From Lama guanicoe (taxonomy: Eukaryota): a stretch of 64,000 bases of DNA. Below the pieces are notes generated by a model that made no database searches, was not told where the DNA came from, and worked only from the letters and a program-made list of their open reading frames with translations. Position numbers and translations under genes: made by a program. Shown here piece by piece: positions 1 through 13,120 of the stretch. Every line of letters begins with the position of its first letter. Position 1 is the stretch's first letter. The stretch spans positions 16,298,373 to 16,362,372 of the forward strand of contig MU053881.1 in assembly GCA_013239625.1 (NCBI GenBank), given 5' to 3'.

Positions 1-446
1 CACGCAGGTGACTCGGCTCCCGTGGGCCTCCAGTGGGAACACCTTGGAATTCGCACACTCGTAAAGGAAGAGGTCCCCATTGGTCATGCCGTAGATCACG
101 CGGTAGTCAGCCAGAACGGCCACGCTGGCGATGGTGTCGGGCAGCTGGGTATAGAAGGTGTATGTTGGCCCGTCAATGACCGGACAGGGGTCCCCAGGGC
201 TGATGTCCAGCACCAGGACCATGCTGTCATAGGCGATGGCCAGGTGCCCTTCGTCCTTACTAAGGGCCATGCAGTTGATGGCTTTCCGGGCCTCTGGAGG
301 GGGGATGCACATCACATCCTGTCTGGAATTCAGGGGGAACACCAGGACGATCCCAGAAACGAGGCCCGTGAAAAGGAGATTGGCCTGTTCCGCGACCTCC
401 AGGCACCTGACCTCATTGGAGGTGTCCAGGACATCTTGCTCCTCAC
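1..446 (-). CDS. NWD1: NWD1 coding exon 17, WD40 (GEEQDVLDTSNEVRCLEV...LEAHGSRVTCV), runs off the window
   Basis: ccatgacag|GT; open frame to position 1; translated by hand. Confidence 0.94.
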
Positions 447-485
447 CTGTCATGGGGAGAAAACCACATCAAGAACAGATCATGG

Positions 486-645
486 AGGGTGGGGAGGGTG
501 TAACTCAGAGGTAGAGCACATGCTTAGCGTGCACAGGGTCCTGGGTTCAATCCCCAGTACCTGCATTAAAAAAATACAAACAAACAAACAAACAAACAAA
601 TAAGTAAATCGAATTACCTCCCTATCCTCCCCCTCCCCCCAAAAA
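486..645 (+). mobile_element. tRNA-derived SINE (camelid Vic-1-like) with 15-bp TSD
   Basis: A-box/B-box-like TAACTCAGAGG and GGTTCAATCC, A-rich/(CAAA)n tail. TSD AAGAACAGATCATGG at 471-485 and 646-660. Confidence 0.85.
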
Positions 646-1754
646 AAGAACAGATCATGGGAAGGCTGGTTCCTGTTTTTAAGGATTTTTAAAAATGCTT
701 TCATCACCCATACTCTTCAACTCGGTGACTGTTAGTTTCCCTGCTTCCCCTCCTGCCCTCCAATCATCCAAGCTTTAAAAAATGAAAACTGCAGCATCTC
801 ATTGCCAGGCCTAACACCCTGGGAGGACTTCTCACTGCCCCCAGAACAGATGTATGTGCCTTTCAGTGGGCTTCATGGCTTCATATGACCTCTCCTCCAA
901 ATCGCTTCCTATACAGACTTCTATAAAGGGCAGAAGGGCGATTATTTGTGTCTTGCAGGCTGTCTGCTCTCTGCCACAACCACTTGACCCTGCTGTTGTA
1001 GCCCCCAAGCAGCCACAAATAATATGTAAATGAATGTGTGTGTCCAGATGTGGCTCACTGGCCCTGGTTTGCGACTCCTACTTCATTGCCTCCACATTGC
1101 TCTATTTCGTAGGATCCTGCTTAGCCCCAGGACTAGCAGTCAGGCACTTCCATCTTGCTCACGGCCAACTCCCAGAGCTCCGCCCGGTGCTAGCACTGAA
1201 CAAATGTCTGCCAAATCCCTGGATGCATGAACTTGAGTGTGAATTTCTTTTCTCATATTATTTTATCATTAATGAGGAAATTTTATACCTTCATCCACCC
1301 AGCTTTACCAGATCTAAGGCTTCCCACAGCCACTGAGTGAAGGAAGCACCTCATTTGGAAATGCCTGGGGGATGGAGGCGTGCCCACCACCCAGGATGGC
1401 ACCAGGCCGGTGACTGCCTGATATGGGAGTTAAAAAGGCTGACCCCCTCGCTTCAAGATGGGACAATCTCGAGGTACAATTCACACTCCAGGGTTCCTCA
1501 TGGGAGCAGGATGAGCCTCCATCCTTGCACAGTCCTGCCCCTGCTCAGTCTGCTTCTCTTACTCCCTCTTGGGTTTCTCCTGGGGGCTCCATCTACATAC
1601 CACTTGTACAGGTATCTCCATCACAGACCCTGCCTCCAGGGGAGCCTCAGCTAAAACAGGGATTGACAACCAGACAGACAGTTACCATCTGCGGGAAATT
1701 AATAAAATCAGATGGTCTTATTTTCTATTGGCTACTTTCAACCTGACCGGAGTT

Positions 1755-2125
1755 GGGGTGTTAGAGACTGAATGTGTCTTACCCCAAAAGGCATGTTGAA
1801 ATCCTGCTTCTTAATGTGATGGTATTAGGAGGCGGGGCCTTTGGGAGGGGATTAGGTCATGAGGGTGGAGCCCCCACGAATGGGATTAGTGCCCTTGTAA
1901 GTGAAGACAGGAGACCTTGCTTCCTTCTCTGCCCTCTGACACTTGTGGATACAAGGAGAAAGTGGCCAACTGCAAACCAGGAAGCGGGCTCTCCACAGAC
2001 ATCAATCTGCCAATACCTTGATCTCAGACTTTCCAGCCTCCAGAACCATGAGAAACGTGCATTTGTTTAATCTCCCCACCACCTTCTGTCTATGGTGTCT
2101 TGTTATAACAGTCCAAACAGACCAA
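1755..2125 (+). mobile_element. MLT1-like MaLR LTR
   Basis: AATGTGATGGTATTAGGAGGCGGGGCCTTTGGGAGG...CAGCCTCCAGAACCATGAGA. Confidence 0.7.
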
Positions 2126-2179
2126 GAGAGGGGCTTCAATTCCTACCCATACAAATGACTGTGCTTAGATCTTACAAAC

Positions 2180-2456
2180 CTTCTGCCAGGTCCCAAATGA
2201 TGACTTTGTTTTTGTCCCCAATTTTAGGGAAGTAAATGTAGCTTCCATTGTGTGACACTGCAGTGAGGCCCGTGCGGTCCAGAAATGGGGTAGAGGCCCT
2301 CGGCTTCTGAGTGTAGGTGAGATCCCAGACTTTAAAAGATGAGGACTGATGGGAAGCAGATGCCACCAAGGCCCCACCCTGGGCCAGCAGGCTCACGGGG
2401 GCCCCAGCGCCTTCCAAGATGTCTAGCAGAGTCCCCTGCTCTGACAGACTCCACAC
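2180..2456 (-). CDS. NWD1: NWD1 coding exon 16, WD40 (VWSLSEQG...VIIWDLAE)
   Basis: atcctcag|GTG ... GAAG|gtttgt; 277 nt. Confidence 0.93.
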
Positions 2457-3747
2457 CTGAGGATGGAAGCAGAGGGGCAGAGCTGTCTTTTTCCGGAAAT
2501 AGGCTTAAACTCATCTGTCCACCTAAGGTAATCTTTTAGGCTGCAGTTCCAGGGCCTTCACATCTCCTACCCCCTCAAGCTTACCCACATCTCACCATCC
2601 AGCTACCATGGCAGTTCTCAAAGTGTGTTCTGGGGAATCCCTGGAGGGTACCCACCAGGCGGTTCTGCAAAACGGGGTTTTCAGGGAGTTCCACAAAAGC
2701 AAAATTACTTTTGTAATAATTTAAGAAGTCATTTGCCTTTTCTACTCTCACAAGTGAGCAGTGGCATTTTCCAGAAGCTATGGAACACGTTATCACAACA
2801 GATAGGAGAGTGCAGAACTGAATATGAAAATCCAATTGTCTTCTTTCAAGCCAGACAAGAAAGAGATTTGCCAAAATGTGCAACGATGACACTCTTATCA
2901 CTGTTTCTGTTTGTTGGTTTCAGACAATGTAGCTGTTTTCATAAAAGTGTGTTATTCTGTTGACATGTCATATTCCATGAATTAATGGAGAAATATTTTG
3001 AGGTCTTGTCATTTAAAACTTTTTATATGGCAATTATCAGTAGAGACTAAATGCAATACAGGATCCTGGAAGAGGACATTTGTGGGAAAACTGGTGAAAT
3101 CAGATCTGAGTCAGTAGATGAGTCACTAATATTGTCCCCATGGTAATTTCTTGGTTTTGATAATGGAATCGAGGTGATGTGAGAGGTTAATGGGGTGGGC
3201 AGCTGGGTGAAGACTGGATATATATGTGGGAACTCGGGGCTCTCCTTGCAAAGCCTGTGTAAATCCTAAAACAATTCCAAAATAGATCATTTGTTAAAAA
3301 TATACAAATCATATTGATATAGCCCCCATAAATAGAGGCTCCTTGGGGTCTTCAATAATCTTCAAGAATCTAGAGAGGGCCTAAGACTAGAAGGTTGGAA
3401 AACTGCTACTTTTTCATGTGCTTTTCTCCCCAGCCTCAGGAACTTTGAGCTTAACAGAAATTTTCCTTCCCTCTCCCAAGCCCTGCTCCACTCTAAAGGC
3501 CAAAATCCTCCCAGTTTTTGAGGTTCAGTGGGAATTCTCCTTTGTTGACTATTTTGGTAATTCCCCCCAGGTCTGTCTCTGGGTCCCAGGGAATCCCTCC
3601 CCCAATATCCTCCCAATGACCTGCCCTGTTCTGCCTACACTAGTTGTTGGGGGATTCTGTGTTTTGAAGCCAGAAGATCCCTAAAGATTCCTACTTTCTG
3701 TTCCAGAGGTGGAGGTGAGGCTGATGGGCTGGGAATCTCCTCCTGAC

Positions 3748-3902
3748 CTGAATGAGTGCATCCCGGGACCCAGTGACAATCAGATTATTTTCAGGACCAA
3801 AAACAGCCGTCTCCACTGTGTCTTCATGTTCAAGGTCGGTGGCCATGAATCGATGAAACCCCTGTGAGTCTGCCAAGAATATCCGCACAGATCTCCCAAA
3901 AC
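3748..3902 (-). CDS. NWD1: NWD1 coding exon 15, WD40 (GFGRSVRIF...TGSRDALIQ)
   Basis: cattttag|GT ... CAG|gtcagg; 155 nt. Confidence 0.94.
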
Positions 3903-5172
3903 CTAAAATGGCAGGGACTTGAATTATATCTTTTATTCCTTGAGAATAATGCAATCCCATCAACAAAGTTTTTTTGGAGCACCTACTATATGCAGGTGGA
4001 AAGAAAACAGTGGTGAATAAGATAGACAAGGTTCCCATCCTCACAGAGCCTCCAGTTGGTGGGGAGGGAGGCGCAACAGTGATCAATGATCTCCCAGAAA
4101 ACAGTCAAGTTATTTATTATCACAAGACTGTGAGTTTCCAGAGGGCTGTTTCTGCCTCTCTGGGTTGCTCATGGTCCCCCAGAACCTAGCGTAAAGCTGG
4201 ACACAGAGTCAATGTATTTTGAAGATGGAAAGAAGGGAGGTAGGGAGGGAGAAAAAGAAAGTGATTTACAATTGTAATAAAGGCAATGAAGTCAGGGACT
4301 GGATGCCATTAAAAAAATGGCCACAGAGACACAAAGAGCAGAGAAGGCAATGTGAAGATGGAGGCAGAGACTGGAAAGATGTGGCCACAAGCCAAGGAAT
4401 CCTGGCAGGAGCTGGAAGAGGCAAAAAAAACCCCAAAAACCTCTCTGGAGACGTTGGAGGGAACAAGTCCTACCATCACCTTGATTTTGTTAACCGTGAA
4501 TGGGACCGCTTTTCTGAGTTATGCGAGTCCTAACAAACCATCAAACCTGAAAGTGATCTTGGGGACCCCTGAACTGCAATTCTATTTATGAAACTTCAGT
4601 GAAATCCTTGCCTGATCTTAGCTAAGTTAAGATCGAGGTACAGCTCCCAAGCAAAGGCTGGTTCCCAAAACTGGTTGGGGAAACTGCTGAGGCTCCTTTT
4701 TCTCACTGGCTGATGGAAAGAGCCACCCTTTAAAACCAGCTGTAACAGGTTTCTAGGTCATTGAGATCCTTAATGCCTTTGGTCTCAGTCCTGATTCTAT
4801 TTTGTGCTTCTATCCTCATTGTCATTTGTCTTTTTTTCCTGTTTTCTGTGCTGCTCTATTTTACACGTACTTAAGCCACCTGAAATTCTTTCAGAAACAG
4901 GATAGAGGGTATAAATTACTCAATCATCCATCAATCTTGGAACGTAAGCACTCTACTGGACCTGCACTCTCCCATGTGGTCACCATGAGCAATATGTGGC
5001 TATTAATGTGGCTGGTCCAAATTGAGATGAACTGTAAGTATAAAATACATGCCAGATATCAAAAACTTCACACAAGAATATTAAAAAAAATAATGTGAAA
5101 TATATAATTAAATTTTTCATACTGATTTCATGTTGGGTTTGGGGACCTATTAGATTAAAGAAGATATATTGT

Positions 5173-5260
5173 TGGGGGGTGTGTATAGCTCAGTGGTTGA
5201 GTGCATACTTAGCATGCACGAGGTCCTGGGTTCAATGCCCAGTACCTCCATTAAAACACA
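5173..5260 (+). mobile_element. tRNA-derived SINE (Vic-1-like)
   Basis: TATAGCTCAGTGG...GGTCCTGGGTTCAAT, same family as 486-645. Confidence 0.8.
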
Positions 5261-6232
5261 TTTTTTTTTTTTACTTAGTCCTCCTATACATCAGACACTA
5301 TTCTAGATGCTGGGAATTTGGCAGTGAGGAGGATAAACAAAACTCCTGATGCAAGAGCTTAAATTTCAAACAAGAAAATGGATATTAAATAGACAAATTA
5401 TCTGTATATATAAAAGCCATAGTGGTGTTAGGATAAAAAAAAGATGTATTATTAACACAAATGCCACTGTTTCTTATTACCTTTTAAAATGGGGTCATGA
5501 GAACATTCACACTAATGAACATGGCTCACGTTTGTAGTTTGCATTACTGGACAGTTCTAGTCTAGAGTGTCTTTGGCCCCTGGAAGTGGCTTTGTAAAAA
5601 TCAGACTGATTAAGGGCAGTGAAAGTAATCTGTATGATGCTATAATGATGGATACGTATCATTAGACATTTGTCCAAACCCACAGAATGTACAACATCAG
5701 GAGTGAGCCATAACGTAAACTATGGACTTTGAGTGAGGATGCTGTGTCCAGTGCAAATACATAAGTTACGACAAATGCACCACTCTGATAGGGGATGTTG
5801 ATAATGGGAGTGGCTGTGTGTGAGTGGGAGCAAGGGGGTATGTCGAACTCTCTGTACCATCTGTTCAGTTTGGCTGTGAATCGAAAACTCCTCTAAATTT
5901 TTTTTTAAATCAGGATTTGAAGCATCTGTGGGTCACCTCCACCAGGTAGCCTTCCCTGATTGCTTCAGACTAAGGAAGGGAACCCTGTCACATGCTCCTA
6001 TAGCTCCTGATTCTTATCTTGTCATAGTACCAACCACTCTTTCTTGGGGCTACCTATTTGCCCATCTTTCTTGCTAGCCTGGAAGCTCCTAAAAGCAGGG
6101 CTTGTGTGGGCTGAGTGTACTCCATCCTCTCCCCGAGCCCCACCCTATCCCTATGACTATCCAGCAGGGATAACTACTCTCATTTCAAAGGAACGGACCA
6201 GAAGCCCCAAAAGGTTAAGAGATTTATGCAGA

Positions 6233-6550
6233 ACAGGGGTTGGCAATCTACAGCCCCAGGGGCAAAAGTTGGCTGATCACCAATCTTTATAGGTGAGCTA
6301 AGAATAGTTTTTACATTTTCAAATGCTTGGAAGAACTCAAAATAAGATTACTACTTCATAACCCATAAAAATGATATGAAATTAAAAATTCGGCATCCAC
6401 AAAGAAAGTTTTATTGGCACATAGCCATACTCACTTTAAATACTTTCCGTGACGGCTTTCTCATCACAAACGCAGGGTTGGGTAGTTGCAACAGAGACTG
6501 GCAATGATGCTTACCATGAGGCTTTTGGCGGAAAAAGTTTACTGACCCAC
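6233..6550 (+). mobile_element. MER58-like hAT DNA transposon
   Basis: CAGGGGTTGGCAA...AAAAAGTTTACTGACCC. Confidence 0.65.
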
Positions 6551-6634
6551 TTCTCCCTTTCCCCAAGCCCCTCTCCACCTCCAACCTAATCCAGAGTTGC
6601 CGCCTCATGACTCCCAATGAGATCCAAACTCTAC

Positions 6635-6725
6635 CTGCAGCGAGAAGGGACTCATCTTCGGAGACCACCAGGAACTCCACAGCTTCTGGAAGCTTTTCCA
6701 GCAGGCTGTCTCCTTCAGAGGAAAC
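6635..6725 (-). CDS. NWD1: NWD1 coding exon 14 (VSSEGDSLLEKLPEAVEFLVVSEDESLLAA)
   Basis: tgcacag|GTT ... GCAG|gtagag; 91 nt. Confidence 0.93.
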
Positions 6726-7542
6726 CTGTGCAGAATCAAGGATGCCCATCAAGCATTCCACAGGGTTAAGGGTTCAGGGTCAAGAGCTTGAATTTGACTC
6801 CGGGCTCTGCCACTCAGCAGCTCTGTGATCCTAAGCAAATTCCTTAGCCCCTGGCTGCCTCAGTTTCTTCATCTGTTAGATGGGCGATAATATCAGAACT
6901 GCTTCCCAGGGTATCGTGGGCTAAAAAGTGCATAGGATGATTCCCTCCAGCACATGGTCAGGCCTCCCAAAGTGGCAGCTGCTATTATTACTATTGTTGT
7001 TGTTGTTGTTGTCCTAACCAACTCAGGGGCCCAGAGAACGTCCCAGCGTTCTAGTTTTCTGCCCCTACAGGGGTGCTGGAATTTCAGAGAAGATCCAGAG
7101 ACAGGTTGGAGCCATGGGGAGGACAATACCATTCTCCCCATTCCTGAGTTGCAGAAAGGAACTGATTTTGTTCAGACCTAAGAGGACGGTTCTTAGGGAT
7201 TTTTTTGTTTTTGCTTTTGTTTTTGTTTTAAGCAGGGGAAGGAGGAAATGAATTTCTACATGGCTGTTATTGCTCATTTTTTTTAAAAAATTGTGATTCT
7301 TTTAAAGCTTAAAAGTCTTAAACAGTAATACGATATACAATTAAAAAAATAAACATCCGGAGCGTGCCATGAGCATCTCCCCACCTTCCTTGCCATTCCT
7401 CCTTCTCCCTGGAAGGAACTGTTGTCTGTTTGCTGAGAATCCACTTGTGTAGATGAACATTTACACAAGCTTCCTTTTCTCCACCATCCATCATAGGTAT
7501 TGTTCTGCAAGTTTCTTGCTTTTTCACTTAATGTGTCTGGGG

Positions 7543-7755
7543 CAGTGGTTCTCAACTGGGGCAGGGGTGATTCCACCTCCATTACCACCCACCACTTGCC
7601 ACCGAGGACACTGGGCAATGTCTTAGAGACACTGTTGCTTGTTATGATGGGGCAGATGCTCTGCATCTAGTGGGTGGAGGCCAGGGATGCTGCCAAACAC
7701 CCTACAATGCGCAGTACAGCCGTCACAGCAAAGAAGGACCTGGCCCTGGACGTCA
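7543..7755 (+). mobile_element. MER20-like hAT DNA transposon
   Basis: CAGTGGTTCTCAACTGGGG...GCATCTAGTGGGTGGAGGCCAGGGATGCTGC. Confidence 0.75.
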
Positions 7756-10700
7756 AGCACTTAGAAGCCTAGATCCAAGAGCCAGACTGCTTGAGTTCAA
7801 ATCCTGTCTGTGACACTTCCCAGCTGTGTGACCTTAGGCAAATGATTTCACCTCTCTGTGCCTCAGTTCACTCATCTGTAACATACAAATAATGGCAGCA
7901 GCTACATTTTAGTGTTGTTTTGAGGGTTACCCTAAGAATAACTGCACACCAATGTTTATTTCTCTCAGCACCACAGAATTCCTTAGACTATTTAAGTCAG
8001 ATTTCAGAGGTTAGTATTGCAGACATATATCTCCAATTGTTGGCATAACTGATCACCTTATTATCTGTAAAAATTCATCTAGTTGTATGTTAGATCATTT
8101 AGCATTGCCCCGTAATGCTCAGGTGTTTTGTTCTTTCCCCCCTCATTGCTTTTTTTCTGTATATCTAATTTCCATTCATTTATCTTTAATTCACTATCGT
8201 TCTCTGCTGCAACTAGTTTTCTCTGAAGTCCATCAGATGAATTCTTTATTTCTGAAATTCTATTTTTTTGTTTCTAGCATTTCCATTTGGTCCTTTTTTT
8301 CTAGTTTTGATTCTGAAATTTTGAAATTTCCCATCTGTTTACACTAACAAGTGTAAGTATTTATCCTAAATAATTTAAAGTTCTTGCCTGATTATTTAAA
8401 CATCTGAGTCATTTGTGTATCTGCTTCTATTGGTTGCTTTTGCTCTTGATTGCGGTCCTGTTTTTGCTTCTTTGTCTATGTCATAATTTTTGTAATATGA
8501 TGTATATTGTATATAAAAGGAGAGTAAAGCCTAAATAATATTTCCCCTTAGAAAAGGAGATGCTCCTTTTGTTGTGCCTCTAATGTGGAGGGGTCTGAGT
8601 CAATTCAGTTTGTACTTCAGGTGGGCCTGGGTTTGATCTCATCTTTAGTTGAACTGATTTTACCACTGTTTTCAAATATTTTGAAGGTGGTATCAAGTCT
8701 TTCCGCCCAGCAGGGCTGGGATCTGAGCACTGGTGAGATTCTAGAGACCCCTATTTCTTCCAGCCCAGCCACCAGTTTCCAAATAACAGGACTGCAGTCT
8801 CTGCAGCCTGAGCACCAGTTTCTTGGGGGTACTGTGGATTACTGTTCAGTCCTGCCTGTAGCTTTCTGCTCCAATTTACGTTCTTGCCAGAAATCTGGTT
8901 TGAGTTCTGTCAGAAACAGACACTGAGAATAGTATTTGAGGACAACTAGTTTATTTGGGAGTTGATCCCAGGAAACACTGGCAGAGAATGGGGAATTGAG
9001 ACAGGGAAGGGAAGGCAGCCAATGAACATGGCTAGTCAAGCCAGTTACCAATGTGGGCAAACGGAGCTCAGCCCTGCTGGGGATGCTCTGGGGGAGAGTA
9101 CACAGCGTGCATCAGAGCCTCCCCAACGGAGGGGCCAGGAGCTGGGTTTTTATCCACCACCTCCATTAGAGGTTGGGTGTAGGCTGCTCTCAGGACCACT
9201 GAGCCAAAGGCTAAGTGTATCGGTAGGGGAAGGGGAGTCAGGAAAAAAAAAACCCAACCAGGTGGAGAGTCACAGGTGTGCAGCTGTAATGCAAGTGCCT
9301 GACATCAAGCTTTTTACAGTGAGGCATCCATTTCAAAAGACATCCATCTGGAATAAATATGCTGGCCGCTGCTAGCAAAACAACTAGATAAGGAACCAGG
9401 CTGCCCCACCCACGAAGGTCCCTCTTTCAGAAAACCCTAGGTAACCTAGATAACTGGCCACTTGAGTGATCCTGCCTTCCCCTCCCTGCATCCTAATTCC
9501 TCCTCATATGTTTTAAATTTTCTAGTTAAAAGTAAATCTGCAAAGTGCTAGGCACCCCACCCTAGATCCCAACAAAGGCCCAGCCCCCAGTCTATGTTCA
9601 CTCACTCCCTCTTTCAGTCTCTGCGTGCTGTTTACCCTCCAGGACCTGTAAGTAATAAATCTTGTTCCTCAAAGTTCCTGATGCTTCCTTGCTGAAGAGC
9701 ATCCTCTGACCATAAAAAGAACCACAAGAGATGCCCAAGCCATAAATAGGGGCTCCAGTGGGAGAAAAGCCTGTGGAGCCCCCTACAAGTGATGTGTGCC
9801 CAGGTGAGCACCACAGGCATTCCTAACCAAGGGCACCACCTTCAGTAGGCTTGGGACCAACAGACTGGCCTTCAGGATTGAGGGGCTAGGGACGGGGCAG
9901 CAAAGGTAAGTTACATAAAGAGAAATCTGAGCTTAGCCAGCACCATATTTCCAATTCACTCCAGTGTTATCTTAATGCCCCCACCCTGCCCCTGCTGCTT
10001 GGAAGCCCAAACAGGTGGCCATCCTTTCTTGTGGTCCCAGATGGAGGTGCCATATGCCCTCCACTTTACAGATGGAGAAACTGAGGCTCAAAGAAGGGCT
10101 GAGTAGCCCAAGAATACAATTAGGTGAAGGCAGGACTGGTATTTTCAAACTCAAGTGTGTCTGATCCTAAAGTCCAAGTTCCTCACGAGGCTGAAGTCTA
10201 TTACTGAAGACAATCAGTGGATGAAGGAGTAAAGGGAAGCAATGGAGAGGTGTGATGAAAAGACTTGGGTTGTCTTTCATGATCGTCTTTGGTTCCTTGA
10301 CTGCTCAGGGAGGCTACGAGGCATGAGGTCCAGAAATGTAGAGCTTTGAGAAGATTCTTTAGTGGACATATTCCTCCCTTCCTCTAACTCTCACCTCCTC
10401 AACAGATCATATGAGATGCTCTGTGATCCATTTCCATGCCACCTCTCTGTTCCCAATAACTCCAGGCACGTTCCTACCTCCCTACCACAATATCCCTCAT
10501 TCCCTCGGTCTTCCCTTATTCATCTTGGAAATCCTTCTTCTGAGGCTTCTTCCCTGAGGGGAGGCTTCCCAGGTTGACTCTTTCAGAAGTGTTTGTTCCT
10601 TCCCCTAACCGAGAACACACTACTTCTACTTTTACTGAAAACATTCTGATCCTCTTAGTGTGGCTGTAATTCATCGGCGAGCCTGGCTCCCTCCTTAGAT

Positions 10701-11251
10701 TGAGTTCCTTGAGGGTGTGGTTGAACTAGTACTTCTGCAGCGCCTTGAGTGCCTGGCATGGTGCCAGTGTTCCTTCACCTGAGACTCCCGTGTAACTCAC
10801 TCTTGGTGCCCCATCCGTATCTCTTCAGTGTATCCTCTGTTCCTGAAGCTGCTTACTGCACCCCTGCAACTCTGCACTGGGTTGTTTTTTCTGACCCCAT
10901 CCCTCCAGCACGCTTGGTCCTTGTGTTAATGCTCCTGGGAGCAGCCCTCACCCATCCCCTAATGGAGGTGGTGGGTAGAACCCCAGCTCATGACTCCTCA
11001 CGGGGGACAGCTCTGATGCATGGTCTACACTTTCTCCCAGAGCATCCCCAGCAGGATCCACATTGGCCAGCCCCCAGGAAACAGCAATAGATGTTTCCTG
11101 GGTGGCACTGAGCTGCAAATCCCTATAATTACAAAGCCAAGTGTCATTTATTTAAAAGCTCAAAGATGAGATGGTTTCTCCCAACTTCTAGGACATCTGA
11201 GCACTTTGGAGCTGAGCTAAAGTTGACATCACATTCAGCCAAGTTGCTTAC

Positions 11252-11524
11252 CAAAGAGATGGAGCCCTTGCTGAACCCAATCACCATCTTTCCTTGTTTC
11301 TGGACCGAGACCCCACAGGTAAGTGTTTCTTCTTTGACGCTGGACAAATGTTGATTCTTCTGCAGTTTTCCTGTGGCTGAGCTCCACAGACTGACCACGT
11401 CACCCCTGGAAACGGTCAGCAGCGTGGCCTGGGAAGTCAGCGCTGCTGTGAACGTCCAGGGGTCAGAGGCCTCTCCCAGGATACGGAAAATCAGCGCTGC
11501 AGTTTCCAGATTCCAAGCACTGAC
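11252..11524 (-). CDS. NWD1: NWD1 coding exon 13, WD40 (VSAWNLETAA...GSISL)
   Basis: ccactag|GTC ... TTG|gtaagc; 273 nt, phase 0/0. Confidence 0.94.
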
Positions 11525-12804
11525 CTAGTGGAATGACGAAAAGGAAGAGACATGTGAGTGCAGACCTAGGCTGCAAGTTTTCCAGAGTCAAATGCAAGAC
11601 CTGTTATTTTTTTTCTTTTTCTGTTATTGCAAATTTTTTAAAAATTTATACAATTTTTAAAGGTTGCTTTCCATTTAAAGTTATTACATAGTATAGGCTA
11701 TATTAAGATCTGTTCTTTTTATACTTCATGAATCTTATTGCCAGTCCAAAAAAAGATGGGGAAGGTATCCTGGATTGACTCATAGAAAGACAGAAGGACA
11801 TTCATGGAAAAATTGATAAAATCCAAATAAAGCCTGGAGTTTAGCTGATAGTAATAATCAATATTAATATCTTGGCTTTGACATATGTACTCTGGTTATG
11901 TGAGATGGTGACATTAGAGAAGTCTGGATCAAGGGCATACCAGAAATCTCTCTAGTATCTTTGTAACTTTTCCATAAATCCGCAATTGCTCTAAAATAAA
12001 AAGGTAAAAAAGGTTTTTATTGAAGTATAGTTGATTTACAATGTTGTGTTAATTTCAGACGCACAACAAAGTGATTCATATATATATATATATGTTCTTT
12101 TTCAGATTCTTTACCATTATAGATGATTACAAGATATTGAGTAGAGTTCCCTGTGCTATACAGTAGGTCCTTGTAAAAAGTTTAAAAAATAGAAAAAAAA
12201 AAGCCATGCCATGTGCATTCACATATATGTTCATTCCAAATAATTACTGATTAATAATTAAAGTAAGTTTCATCTTTAATCTAATCCCCCCAAACGTATC
12301 TTTTTATCAGCAGTAACCATCTAAATGGTAAACATTTCCCATTAATTCTATTTGTAGAATTTACACTAAAGAAATAAGGAGAGATACAAAGATATATGCA
12401 TAAAAAAAGTTACCTCAGCTATTTGCAAGTGCAAAGAACTGGAAGCAACCTATCTGTCCAGTAATGAGGGATTAGTTAAATAAACTACAGCAGAGCCATG
12501 CGATGGAATTTTATAAAATCACTAAACACGCTGTTTTTGAAGAATGTTTAAGGTTGTGGGCAAATGAAAATAGTTTATAAAACTGCATTTATGGTCTTAT
12601 ATATAGTTTTATCCTCATTTTGTTTCATGCACACATGCACAAACACACCACATAAAGCAAAATCATATAAATGTTATTAACTGTTACCTTTGCAATTATA
12701 TATTATATATTATTTCTTTACTGTGTACTCCACACTTTTGCTGATAACAAAACTGATTTTCGTAATCAGTTTTGAAATTAACCAACACCTCTGTAATATT
12801 TAAG

Positions 12805-13120
12805 CCTGTGCTATCCAATAAATACATAATGCAAGCCACATGTGACTTAAATTTTTATTAGCCACCTTAAAAAAGGTAAAAAGAAACAAATGATATCAAT
12901 TTCAATAATATAATGTATTTAACCCAATATATCCAAATGCTATCATTTCTACATGTAATCAATATGCAATTGTTACTGAAATATTTTATATTATTTTTAT
13001 GATATTGAGTCTTTGAAATCCAGTGTGTGTTTTGTACTTACAGCAAATCTTAATTCAGAATAGTCACAATTAAAGTGCTTAGTAGCCACATCCAGCTGGT
13101 GGTCCCCCATACTGGACAGC
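12805..13120. mobile_element. MER33/MER3-like hAT DNA transposon
   Basis: GTGCTATCCAATA...GTAGCCACATCCAGCTGGTGG...ACTGGACAGCA. Confidence 0.6.

Noticed and set aside
489..570. tRNA-like sequences (also at 5173, 29150, 34065, 58588 and others)
   Set aside because: They are SINE heads: diverged from each other, with A-rich tails and TSDs. They are not tRNA genes.
22..603. 193-aa plus-strand ORF
   Set aside because: Antisense shadow of NWD1 exon 17 running into a SINE; no independent coding evidence.
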